Assembly: GCA_015134335.1 (NCBI GenBank)
Contig: CP043975.1
Location: forward strand, 84,350-148,349
Source: Candidatus Stammera capleta
Lineage (GTDB): Bacteria > Pseudomonadota > Gammaproteobacteria > Enterobacterales > Enterobacteriaceae
Length of the DNA: 64,000 nt
Direction: 5' to 3'
A model generated the notes under the pieces. It saw nothing but the letters and a program-made list of their open reading frames with translations. It did no database searches and was not told where the DNA came from. The position numbers and the translations under genes were made by a program. Positions 37,170 to 50,872 of this stretch are shown here, piece by piece; the stretch's first letter is position 1, and each line of letters begins with the position of its first letter.

Positions 37170-37988
37170 ATGATTAAAAATTTAGTTATAAATTTTGCAA
37201 TATCATCAAATTATATTACTCATCATTTAAAACATTTAGTTATTAATTTAATAAATTTTAAATTATTGAATAATATTAATAATTATAGTAATATTAAATT
37301 TTTAACTGTTAATGTTGATAGTTTTTTAATTTCTATATGATTGGCTTTTATATTTTTATATATTTTTAAATATTTTTTAAGTACATTAAAATATAATCAA
37401 ATACCTAATAAGGTTCAATTATTATTTGAACTTATAATTGTTTTTGTATTAGAAAATGTTAAAAATATTATAGGTAAAAAAGATAAGTACATATTTAGTT
37501 TAGCTTTTACAGTTTTTACTTGAATATTAATAATGAATTTAATGAGTTTAATTCCTATTGATATAATACCTATACTATTAAATTTTTTCATAAATATTTA
37601 TTCATTTAGAGTTGTTGCTACTTCAGATATTAATGTTACATCTTCTTTAGCTTTTAGTTCTTTATTATATGTTTTTATTTATAAAATTTTTAGAAATGGT
37701 TTTTATAATTTAATATATAATTTTTTATTTCATCCATTTAATAACAAATATTGTATTATATTAAATATAATATTAGAATTTATTAATATATGTTCAAAAT
37801 TTTTATCTTTATCTTTAAGATTATTTGGTAATATGTATTCTGGTGAAATAATATTTATTTTATTATCATTTATAATACCATGATGATTACAATGATTAAT
37901 AATTTTTCCGTGATTTATGTTACATATTTTTATATCTTTTTTACAATCTTTTATATTTATGATATTAGTAATAATATATTCTGTTTAA
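37170..37988 (+). CDS. atpB: ATP synthase F0 subunit a
   Basis: Polytopic membrane protein in one frame through several TGA codons. Contains ...LSLSLRLFGNMYSGEIIF...PW W LQW ...ISFLQSFIFMILVIIY, including the conserved R of the LRLFGN motif. An AGGA Shine-Dalgarno sequence is present. Confidence 0.88.
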
Positions 37989-38003
37989 TTAATATAAATT
38001 TAA

Positions 38004-38255
<252 letters not shown>

Positions 38256-38304
38256 AAAATAATATATAAATAAATTTATTTTTATAATTTTATTAATTAT
38301 TATT

Positions 38305-38778
38305 ATGCAAATTAATATAACTTTTATATTACAAATTATATCATTTATATTTTATATTATTTTTTGTATTAAATATATATGACCATATGTAGATAATATA
38401 TTAGAAAAAAGAAAAGAAAAATTGTGTTTAGACTTTAAAAAAATTAAAAATGCTAAATTAAAAATTATTTCTTTAAATAAAAAAATTAAAGAATATAAAA
38501 TTATTTATAAAAATTTAATTACTAAATTAAAATATGATATGGAAAAATTTAAAAATAATTTAATAAAACAATATAAAAATAAAGCTTTATATGAATATAA
38601 AAGAATTATTAAAAATTATAAATTAAAAATTAAAGTTAAAAAAAAAAATATGTATGATAAATTTTATAATAATGTATCAAATATTATTTATATTATATTA
38701 CATAAAATTACTAAAAAAATATTTAATGAAAAATTAGATAATAAGTTGATTTATAAGATTTTACAAGATATAAAATAA
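38305..38778 (+). CDS. atpF: ATP synthase F0 subunit b
   Basis: MQINITFILQIISFIFYIIFCIKYIW PYVDNILEKRKEKL... has an N-terminal TM helix followed by a charged helix. It sits between atpE and atpH. The track ORF 38422..38778 is its 3' part. Confidence 0.78.
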
Positions 38779-38802
38779 TAATTTTTAAATAATAAAAAAA
38801 TT

Positions 38803-39354
38803 ATGTTAAATAAATATAATTTAGCTTGTTCTTATGCATTAAGTTTAATTGATAAAATTAATATTGATAATTTAATATATTATGAAGATTGAATAGATTA
38901 TTTTAAATGTTTAATTAATATATTCAATATAAAAAATATTAATAAATTTATTTTAATTAATAAAAAATTTAGTATTATTTTTTTTATTACAATTTTTAGA
39001 AAAATTAAAAATTTTAATAATTTGATGGAATCTTTTTTAAATATTGTTATACAAGATAATGTTTTTAATTTTATTAATTTAGTATATAAATATTTTATTA
39101 AATTAGTTAAGTTAAGAAAAAGTAGTAATTCTATTATTATTTATTATAGTAATAAATTTAATAAAAAAAATATTATATTAATTAAAAATTTTATAAAAAA
39201 AAAATTTAGTTTATATAAATATAAACATTATTATTTTAAATATAATAAAAATATTATAGCAGGTTTTAAGGTAAAAATTAATGATTTTATTATAGATAAT
39301 AGTTTATTAAATATTTTAAATAAAATAAAATTATCAATTTTAAAAAGAGTATAA
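38803..39354 (+). CDS. atpH: ATP synthase F1 subunit delta
   Basis: 183-aa frame from the ATG at 38803 through TGA (YYEDW). It sits between atpF and atpA. The sequence is strongly degenerate. Confidence 0.72.
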
Positions 39355-39356
39355 AA

Positions 39357-40901
39357 ATGTCTTTTAAATTTGAAGAAATTAATGAATTAATTAAATCTAG
39401 ATTAGATAAATTAGATCATATAGATTATTATTATGAAGGAAAAATTATATCTATAATAGATGGTATTATAAGAATTATAGGTTTGTCAGGAGTTTTTTTA
39501 AATGAATTATTAAAATTTCCTTATAATTTAGGTTATGGATTAATATTTGATTTAGATAAAGAATTTATAAGTGCAGTTTCATTATGTTCTTGTAATAATT
39601 TAAGACCTGGTATGATAGTAAAAAGTACTGGAACTATGTTAAAAGTTCCTGTTGGTTATAATTTATTAGGAAGAATAGTTAATTCTTTAGGTGATATATT
39701 AGATGGTAAAAATAAATTAGATATTAATGAATTTTATAATATAGAAAGAAAATCTCCTTCTATAATAGACAGAAGATATATAAACAGGCCTTTATGTACA
39801 GGATATAAATCTATAGATAGTATGATTCCTATAGGTTTGGGGCAAAGGGAGCTTATAATAGGTGATCGTAAAACAGGTAAAACTAGTTTAGTTTTAGATA
39901 TAATACTAAATCAACGTAATTTAAATATTAAATGTATTTATGTTTCTATTGGTCAAAAATTATCTACAATATATAATATTGTTGAAAAGTTAGAATTGTA
40001 TAATGCTTTAGATTATACTATTTTGGTTGTGGCTTCTGCCTCTGATGAGGTTGTTATGCAATATATAGCTCCTTATTCAGCTTGTTCAATTGCTGAATAT
40101 TTTAGAGATAGAGGAGAAGATGTATTAATTATTTATGATGACTTATCTAAACATGCTAATGCTTATAGGCAAATTTCTTTATTATTAAGAAGACCTCCAG
40201 GTCGTGAGGCTTATCCAGGAGATATATTTTATTTACACTCTAGATTATTAGAGAGATCTGCGTATGTTAATTATAATTTTATAAAAAAATATAATTCTAA
40301 TTATGATATTGATGGGTTGTCAGGTTCTTTGACTTCTTTGCCTATAGTTGAAACTTATGAAGGTGATATATCTTCTTTTATTGCTACTAATATTATTTCA
40401 ATAACTGATGGACAAATTTTTTTAGAATCTGATTTATTTAATTCAGGTATTAAACCAGCTATTAATCCAGGTATTTCTGTTTCTAGAGTTGGTTCATCAG
40501 CTCAGACACAAATTATGAAATATTTATCTAGTTCTTTAAGAACATATTTATCTCAATATTATGAACTTTTAAATTTTTCTCAATTTTCTTCAGATTTAGA
40601 TGAAAACACTAATAATCAATTAAAATATGGTAAAAGAATAGTAGAAATATTTAAACAAAAACAATATAAACCTTGTTCTTTATTTAAGCAAGTATTAATA
40701 TTATTTTCTTTAAAATATGGTTATTTAAATGATATAAAAATAAATAAAATTTATTTATATGAAATTGAATTATATAAATATGCTTCTAAAAAATATCCTT
40801 TATTAAAAAAAAATATTAATTATAGTGGTATATTAAATAATAAAATAATAAATTCTTTAAAAGATGTTATTATTTCGTTTAAATCTACAATATTAATTTA
40901 A
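39357..40901 (+). CDS. atpA: ATP synthase F1 subunit alpha
   Basis: 514 aa: GQRELIIGDRKTGKTSL...IYDDLSKHANAYRQISLLLRRPPGREAYPGDIFYLHSRLLERSA. Confidence 0.97.
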   Translation: MSFKFEEINELIKSRLDKLDHIDYYYEGKIISIIDGIIRIIGLSGVFLNELLKFPYNLGYGLIFDLDKEFISAVSLCSCNNLRPGMIVKSTGTMLKVPVGYNLLGRIVNSLGDILDGKNKLDINEFYNIERKSPSIIDRRYINRPLCTGYKSIDSMIPIGLGQRELIIGDRKTGKTSLVLDIILNQRNLNIKCIYVSIGQKLSTIYNIVEKLELYNALDYTILVVASASDEVVMQYIAPYSACSIAEYFRDRGEDVLIIYDDLSKHANAYRQISLLLRRPPGREAYPGDIFYLHSRLLERSAYVNYNFIKKYNSNYDIDGLSGSLTSLPIVETYEGDISSFIATNIISITDGQIFLESDLFNSGIKPAINPGISVSRVGSSAQTQIMKYLSSSLRTYLSQYYELLNFSQFSSDLDENTNNQLKYGKRIVEIFKQKQYKPCSLFKQVLILFSLKYGYLNDIKINKIYLYEIELYKYASKKYPLLKKNINYSGILNNKIINSLKDVIISFKSTILI

Positions 40902-40919
40902 TATATTTTAGGTGTTATT

Positions 40920-43173
<2,254 letters not shown>

Positions 43174-43217
43174 TTATTTTAAAATAACTTTTTTATATTT
43201 ATTATAAAAATATAATT

Positions 43218-43622
43218 ATGAATTTTAAAATTAATATTTTATGTAAAGATAATATTTTATTAAAAAAATATATATTTTGTATTAAAATTTTTGAATTTAA
43301 TATAGAAATTTATTATAATCATACACCTATATTATTATTTTTAGATAAGAGTATTATTTTATTAAATGATGTTACAAAATATAGTTATTTTATATGTAGT
43401 GGTTTATTAGAATTTAGTAATAATAAATTAAATATTATAAGTGATGAATTAATAACTTATAAAGATTTAAATAAAAATCAAATATTTTTAAAAATAGAAA
43501 ATATAAAAAATAAAATTATTTTATTAAAAGATAAATTTAGTAATAAATATTTAAATTTATTATATAAATTAAATATTTATAAAAGATATTTAAAATTAAT
43601 TAAATTTGCTAAATTTAAATAA
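43218..43622 (+). CDS. atpC: ATP synthase F1 subunit epsilon
   Basis: 134-aa ORF at the end of the atp operon. The sequence is degenerate, so the call rests mainly on position. Confidence 0.7.
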   Translation: MNFKINILCKDNILLKKYIFCIKIFEFNIEIYYNHTPILLFLDKSIILLNDVTKYSYFICSGLLEFSNNKLNIISDELITYKDLNKNQIFLKIENIKNKIILLKDKFSNKYLNLLYKLNIYKRYLKLIKFAKFK

Positions 43623-43673
43623 AATTATAGTAAAAACTATTATTTTATTATATGATATATATAATTAATTATT

Positions 43674-43746
43674 GGGGTTATAGCTCAATTGGTAGAGTAT
43701 CTGCTTTGCACGTAGAAGGTTAGCGGTTCAATTCCGCTTAACTCCA
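43674..43746 (+). tRNA. tRNA-Ala (anticodon TGC)
   Basis: GGGGTTATAGCTCAATTGGTAGAGTATCTGCTTTGCACGTAGAAGGTTAGCGGTTCAATTCCGCTTAACTCCA. The G3:U70 identity pair is present. Confidence 0.92.
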
Positions 43747-43778
43747 TATTAATAAAATTATATATAAAATAATTATAC

Positions 43779-43851
<73 letters not shown>

Positions 43852-43877
43852 TAAATTTTAATATATAATACAATTTA

Positions 43878-43961
43878 GGTGAGATTCCTGAGTGGTTAAA
43901 AGGGACAGACTGTAAATCTGTTGTCATAATGACTTCGAAGGTTCGAATCCTTCTCTCACCA
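43878..43961 (+). tRNA. tRNA-Tyr (anticodon GTA)
   Basis: GGTGAGATTCCTGAGTGGTTAAAAGGGACAGACTGTAAATCTGTTGTCATAATGACTTCGAAGGTTCGAATCCTTCTCTCACCA aligns with E. coli tRNA-Tyr. Confidence 0.93.
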
Positions 43962-43967
43962 TTAATT

Positions 43968-44038
43968 GCGAATATATTATAAAGGTATTATATTAGCCTT
44001 CCAAGCTAATAATGTGGGTTCGAGTCCCACTATTCGCT
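43968..44038 (+). tRNA. tRNA-Gly (anticodon TCC)
   Basis: GCGAATATATTATAAAGGTATTATATTAGCCTTCCAAGCTAATAATGTGGGTTCGAGTCCCACTATTCGCT aligns with E. coli glyT. Confidence 0.88.
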
Positions 44039-46618
44039 TTTTATATTTATATATATATTATTTTTAATATTAATTATATTTTTAAATTTATTTAATTTTT
44101 TTATAATTTTAAATTTTATTTTTTTTATATAATAAATTTTTAATAAATATATATTTTTCTTAATAATTTTTTTTTCAGTTTTTGATAAATTTATAATTAT
44201 TAATTTTTTTATATTATTAATTTTATTTTTTTTTAAAATTTTTATTATATTTTTTATTATATTAAATATATATATTGTTTTTTTGTTTTTATATTTTGAA
44301 TAATTTATATATTTTATAATTTTATAGCTTAATATAGATGGTTTTTTTTTGTTAAAAATATTATTTATGAAAATAATTTTTTTTCATATATATTCTGTTA
44401 AAAAAGGAATAATAGGATGATTTATTAAAATAATATTTATGAAAACAATTTTTAATATTATTAAATTATTAATACTTATATATTTACTTTTTTTATATTT
44501 AAAAATTTTTTTAAACAATTCAATAAACCAATTACAAAAAATAGTAATTAAAAATTTTTGTATTTTTATACATAGTTTTTGAAATTTAAAATTTTTAATT
44601 AATTTTTTATATTGTTTAAGTAATTTATTAAATTTATATAATATTCAATAATTTATTAAGTTTTTTTTTATATATTTATAATTAAAATTTATAATATTTT
44701 TTATATTATAATTTAAATTTTTATTATTTTTAAAAAATTTTATTATAAATTTAGATATATTTAATAGTTTATTACAAAAATTATAACTATTTTTTAAAAA
44801 TTGAAAATTAAAATTAATTTTTAGTTTGTTTGATGAAATATTATATAATGTATATCTTAAAATATCTGTTCCATAAGCGGGTATTCCATTAGGAAAATAT
44901 TTTTTAGTATTATTAATAATTTTTTTTTTTAAATTATTTTTAATTAAATATTTAGTTCTTTTAATTATTAAATTTTTTAAACTTATGCCATATATTATAT
45001 CTTTAGGTGTAATTATATTTCCTGTTGATTTAGACATTTTATTGCCATTTTCATCAGTTATTAATCCTGTTATTAATACTTTTTTAAAAGGTATTAAATT
45101 GTAGGATTTATTTAATAATAATGGTGTTATTATTATCATTCGTGCTATTCAAAAATAAATTATATCAAACCCACTTACTATTAAATTTATAGGATGAAAT
45201 TTATGTGAAAAATTTTTAGGTCATCCTAAACTAGTTAAAGTCCATATTGATGATGAAAACCATGTATCTAAAATATTAATATCTTGTTTTAAATAAATAT
45301 TTTTATTTAAGTTATATTTTTTAATGATATGTTTTTTATTATATCCTAAATATATTTTTTTAAATTTATCATATCAAATAGGTATTTTATGACCTCAACA
45401 AATTTGTCTTGATATACATCAATCTTGAATATTTTTAATTCAAGAAAATAATAAATTTTTATATTTATTAGGTATAAAAATTATTTTTTTATATTTAATA
45501 TATTTAAAACAATTTTTAGTTAATGATTTCATTTTTAAAAATCATTGTTTAGTAAGTATTTTTATAATTTTTGTATTAGTTTTTGTACTGTAAGAAACAG
45601 GTTTAATTATTTTAATTGTTTTATAAATATATTTATTATTTATTAAAAATTTTATAATTTGTTTTTTATTTTTATATATATTTTTAATATTATTTTTAAT
45701 TTTTATACATTTATAATTTAATATATTAATTTTTTTTTTTAAATTACCATTTTTTTTTAAAATATTTATAATGTTAATTTTTTTTTTTTTAGCTTTTTTA
45801 AAATGTGAAATTTTATGACCAGGAGTTAAATTAATATAATATTTTATATTTTTTTTTTTTTTTAAAATTATAGGTAATTTTATATTATTTATAGGATTTA
45901 TAATAAATTTATATTTTTTAATAGTTTTATCATTTGTTAAAATTGCTGTATTAGATAATAAAAGTTCAGGTTTAGTAGTAGGAATAATAATATATTTATT
46001 TTTAGTATTATATAATTTATATTTAATAAAATATTGTTTAACTTTTTTTTTTTTTTTATATATTTCTATATCAGATAAAACAGTTTTAATTTTTACATCT
46101 CAATTAATTATTTTATAATCTTGATAAATTAATTTTTTTTTATATAGAATAATAAATGCTTTTTTAACTGCTTTAGAATAATTTTTATCTAATGTAAATT
46201 TTTTACTTTTTCAAAATATACTATTACCTAATAATTTTGTTTCTTTATATATTTTATATTCATATTTATATTTTCATTTTCATAATTCTTTTATTAATTT
46301 TTTTTTATCATATATTTTATATTTTTTTTTTAAATAATTTTCCACAATTATTTGAGTAGATATACCTGCATGATCTATTCCAGTTAGTCAAATAGTATTA
46401 AATCCTGACATTTTTTTATATCTAATAATTAAATCCATTATAGCTTGTTGATAAGCATGTCCTAAATGTAAATTACCTGTAATATTAGGAGGTGGCATTA
46501 TAATAGAGAAATTTTTTTTATGTTTAATATTTTTGTTATTTGGATTAAATAATTTATTTTTAAGTCAAAATTTATAAATATTTTTTTCTTTTATTAAAAT
46601 ATTTAAAATATTTTTCAT
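44030..46618 (-). CDS. valS: valyl-tRNA synthetase
   Basis: 862-aa frame under UGA=Trp from the ATG at 46616-46618: ...PPPNITGNLHLGHA...W DVKIKTVLSDIE...TTKPELLL...IQDW CISRQICW GHKIPIW Y...LDTWFSS...VSGFDIIYFW IARMI...GNKMSKSTGN...FPNGIPAYGTDILR...NHPIIPFLTEYIW. The TAG stop at 44030-44032 lies inside the tRNA-Gly(TCC) gene on the other strand. Confidence 0.92.
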
Positions 46619-46624
46619 TTTTTT

Positions 46625-48076
46625 TTATTTATTTTTTTTAATATATTTAGTAATAAATTTAATAATTAAATAAACAGTTCTTCCTGTTGCTCCATTTTTA
46701 TTTCATGCTGTACCAGCAATATCAATATGAGCTCATTTATATTTTTCAGTAAAAAAATTTAAAAAACAAGCAGAAGTAATTGTACCAGCATAATTAGAAT
46801 TACTACAATTTTTAATATCTGCAATATTAGATTGTAAATATTTATTATATTTTTTATATAGTGGTAATTGTCATATTATATCTTTAGTTTTTTTTCCAGA
46901 TTTTATTAATTTTTTAGCTAATTTATTATTATTACTAATTAATCCACTTATATTATTACCTAATGCTATTAAACATGCTCCTGTTAAAGTTGCTATTGTT
47001 ATTACTGTGGAAGGGTTATATTTTTTTATATATGTTAAAGTATCGCATAATACTAATCTTCCTTCAGCATCTGTATTAATAATTTCTATTGTTTTTCCAG
47101 ATAAAGATTTAATTACATCTCCGGGTCTAGTTGAATTATGATTAATCATATTTTCTGCACAACATAAAATTCCAATAATATTTAATTTAAGTTTTAATTT
47201 ATTAATAATATACATAATTCCTCATACTACAGCAGCTCCAGACATATCGTATTTCATTTCATGCATATTTAATGATGATTTTATTGATAAACCTCCTGAA
47301 TCGAATGTTAATCCTTTTCCTATTAATATTAATGGTTTTTTATTTTTATTATTATTATATTTAATTTTTATCATTTTAATTTCATTGGATGAAGCTTTAT
47401 TAACTGATAAATATGCGTTCATACTCAATTTTTTCATTTTTTTTTCATTTAAATAAGATATTTTAGTGTTTTTTCCTATTATATATTTGTATGTTTTATT
47501 AAGAATATAATTAGAATTACATATATTTGGAGGTGTGTTACATAAATTTTTAGTTTTGTTAATACCACTAGATATAATTTTACTATTATTAATTATTTTT
47601 TTATATTTTAAAATATTTATTTTATCTGTTTCAAAATATATATTTTTATTTAAAATTTTTTTTTTTTTAGTTTTAAATGTTAAATATTTATATATTAAAT
47701 TTTCAGTTATATGAATAATATTAAATAATTTTCAATTTAATTTTTTATCATTTAAATTGTTTATTAAAAAAATTATGTTTTTATATTTTTTTTTTTTTAT
47801 TATTTTTAAAGATTTAGTAATTAAAATTTTTAAAATATTATATTTTAATTTTTTTTTATTATATTCAATTAAAAATATATCTTGGTTTTTATTTATATTA
47901 GATTTAATTTTATGTATATTATATTTTTTTTTAATAAATTTATATTTATTAATTTGTTCATTAATAATATTATTGTATATATTAGTAGGATTATTATATT
48001 TTTTATTTACAAATATAATTGTACATTGATATTTATTATAGTTATTATTAAAATTTGTTTCTATTTTATATTTCAT
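46625..48076 (-). CDS. pepA: leucyl aminopeptidase PepA
   Basis: Three track ORFs (47732..48076, 47222..47437, 46871..47215) share one frame joined by TGA codons. Contains ...LCNTPPNICN...GKGLTFDSGGLSIK...MKYDMSGAAVVW G...NTDAEGRLVLCD...ATLTGAC...KW AHIDIAGTAW. TAA at 46625-46627, 6 nt before the valS ATG. Confidence 0.92.
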
Positions 48077-48175
48077 TTTAAAAAAAAAAAAAGAAAATTA
48101 TAATTAATATGATATATATTATATAATATATTTATTTATTTAAAATTTTAAATATTATTTTTATTTTTTTGTATT

Positions 48176-48742
48176 ATGGTAAATATAAAAAATAATTTAT
48201 TTGTTGGAAATAAAATTATATATTTAAATGAACCTTATAATATTGAATTTGTAGATTTTATAAAGCCTGGTAAAGGAAAACCATTTGTAAGAATTAAAAT
48301 ACGTAATTTAATTAATTTAAAATTAATTGATAAAACTTTTAAATTTTTAAAAAATATAAAAATAGCTAATATATATAATTATAATTGTAATTATATTTAT
48401 TTTAATAATAAAAGTTTATATTTTTTAAATTTAATTAATTTAGAACAAGTAGTTTTAACAAAAGATTTAATAGGAAATAAAATAATTTGATTATATAAAA
48501 ATAATATATATAATATAATTTTTTGAAATAATATTCCTATTAATTTAATAATTCCTAAAATTATAAAGATTAAAGTTATATTTACTGATTTTATTATAAA
48601 CAAAAATACTAATAAAAAATATAAATTAGCAAAATTAATAAATGGAGTTTATATTAAAGTTCCATTTTTTATAAATATTGGAGATTTAATAAAAGTAAAT
48701 ACTTACAAGAAATTATATATATCTCGTTATATTAAAATATAA
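48176..48742 (+). CDS. efp: elongation factor P
   Basis: ...EPYNIEFVDFIKPGKGKPFVRIKIRNL... (the Lys34 loop is conserved). Extended through TGA 48488-48490 to TAA 48740-48742. Confidence 0.88.
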
Positions 48743-48769
48743 ATAAAAAAAAATATAAAATAAATAAAA

Positions 48770-48843
48770 CAGGGGCAGAAGGAATTGAACCCTCAACCTA
48801 TGGTTTTGGAGACCACTGTTCTACCTAATTAAACTATGCCCCT
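48770..48843 (-). tRNA. tRNA-Trp with unchanged CCA anticodon
   Basis: The reverse complement AGGGGCATAGTTTAATTAGGTAGAACAGTGGTCTCCAAAACCATAGGTTGAGGGTTCAATTCCTTCTGCCCCTG aligns with E. coli tRNA-Trp. Anticodon loop is CTCCAAA, discriminator is G73, and the D stem is GTTT/GAAC (U11:A24). Confidence 0.9.
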
Positions 48844-48857
48844 AATTTTTTTTTTAT

Positions 48858-48930
48858 TAGGTCTAAGTGGAGTTGAACCACTGACCTCACCCTTATCAGG
48901 GGTGTGCTCTTACCTCTGAGCTATAGACCT
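48858..48930 (-). tRNA. tRNA-Ile (anticodon GAT), located outside the rRNA operon
   Basis: The reverse complement AGGTCTATAGCTCAGAGGTAAGAGCACACCCCTGATAAGGGTGAGGTCAGTGGTTCAACTCCACTTAGACCTA aligns with E. coli tRNA-Ile1. Confidence 0.92.
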
Positions 48931-49182
48931 TTAATTATTTTTAAATAATTAAGATATATTAAATTATTTTTATTATAACAAATATTTTTTTTTATGTCAT
49001 TAAATGTAATTTATAAATTTAAAATTATTTATTAATTAATATATATAATTTTTTTTAATTTTTATATTTTATATAATATAAAATTATATATTTTTATTAA
49101 TTTAAATTATTTTAAAATTATATTAAAATATTAATATAATAAATATTTAAATATTATAATATATTGTTAAATTAATTAATAT

Positions 49183-50859
49183 ATGAAGACCAAAAAATAT
49201 TGTTTATTTACAAGTATTAAAAATAAAATGAATTTTAAAGAATATGATATATATTCATTAATGATTCAAGCTGGTTTTATTAGAAAAATATGTTCTGGTA
49301 TATTTATATTATTACCAAATGGATTACAAATTATTAATAATATTATTAATATTATAAGAAATAAAATGAATTTATTAAATTCATTAGAATTAAATTTACC
49401 TATTATAGTTCCTTCAAATTTATGAATAAGAAGTAGTAGAATATATAGTTACGGTTCTGAATTATATAAAATTTATGATAGAAATAATAAATTGTTTATT
49501 TTATCTCCTACTAGTGAAGAAGTAATTACTAAATTTTTTTTAAAAGAAAAATATTTATTGAATAATTATCCATATATATTTTATCAAATTAATTATAAAT
49601 TTAGAGATGAAATACGTCCTAAAGCTGGAATTATTAGAAGCAAAGAGTTTTTAATGAAAGATGCTTATTCATTTCATAAATCAAAATCTTGTTTAGATAA
49701 AATATATATAGATTTATTAAACATATATATAGATATATTTAAAGAATTAAAATTAGATGTTTTTTATAAAGAGGCTAAATGTGGTAAAATAGGTGGTGCT
49801 TTATCACATGAATTTCATACTAATTCTATTTATGGAGAAAATTATTATTATATTAAAAAAATAGATATAATAAAAAATTTTTATAATATTATAATAAAAA
49901 AAAATAAAATAAAAAAATTTAAAATTAGGTATTTTAATACTAAAATATTTAATAAATTAAATATTTTAGAAAATATTAAATTGTATAAATTTATTAAAAC
50001 AAATATATTAAAAATTTATTTTATAAATAAAATTATTTATATAGTAGTATTAATTTCATATTATAAAATTATTGATTTAATGAAAATAAAAGATTTGTTT
50101 CCTTTATCAATTAAAATTAAAATTTTAAATGATAAAAATATTATTAAAAAATTTAATATATCTAATTTATTTTTAGGTCCTTTTACTTTAAATTATAGAA
50201 TTATAGCTGATTTTTCATTAATTAATTATAAAAATTTTATTATAGGAGCTAATATAAAAAATTGTTTTTTTTATAATGTTAATTGAATACAACATATTAA
50301 TATAGTTAATTTTATTGATATTAGTAAAAATATTTGTTTTAAAAGTAAAAATATAATTAATAAAAATTCAAATATAGTAAAATTTAAATCTTTAGAAATA
50401 GCTCATATTTTTAAATTATATAATATTTATACATTAAATTATGATATTAAAAATATTTATATGGGTTGTTATGGTATTGGAATATTTAGATTATTAACTA
50501 GTATTTTAGAAAAAAATTTATATAATAATAAAATTGTTTTACCTTTATCAATAACTTATTTTAAAATAGGAATTATACCTGTTTTAATGTTTAAAAATAA
50601 AAATGTTTTTGATTTATCTTTTAAGATTTATTATTTTTTAATAAAAAATAATATAAATGTATTAATAGAAAACAGAAATATTTATATAGCAAAAACTTTT
50701 AATGATTTTGAAATAATAGGAATTCCTAATTTTTTAATAATTAGTAAAAATTTATTATTTATAAATAAAGTAGAATTTAGAGATCGTATTAATAATACAA
50801 TTTATTTGATTAATATAAAAGAAATATATAATTTTTTATTAAAAAAATATATATATTAA
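49183..50859 (+). CDS. proS: prolyl-tRNA synthetase
   Basis: Three track ORFs share one frame joined by TGA codons. Contains ...MIQAGFIRKICSGIFILLPNG...SPTSEEVIT...YQINYKFRDEIRPKAGIIRSKEFLMKDAYSF...GGALSHEF...LEIAHIF...MGCYGIG.... Confidence 0.92.
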
Positions 50860-50872
50860 TTAATAATTTATT

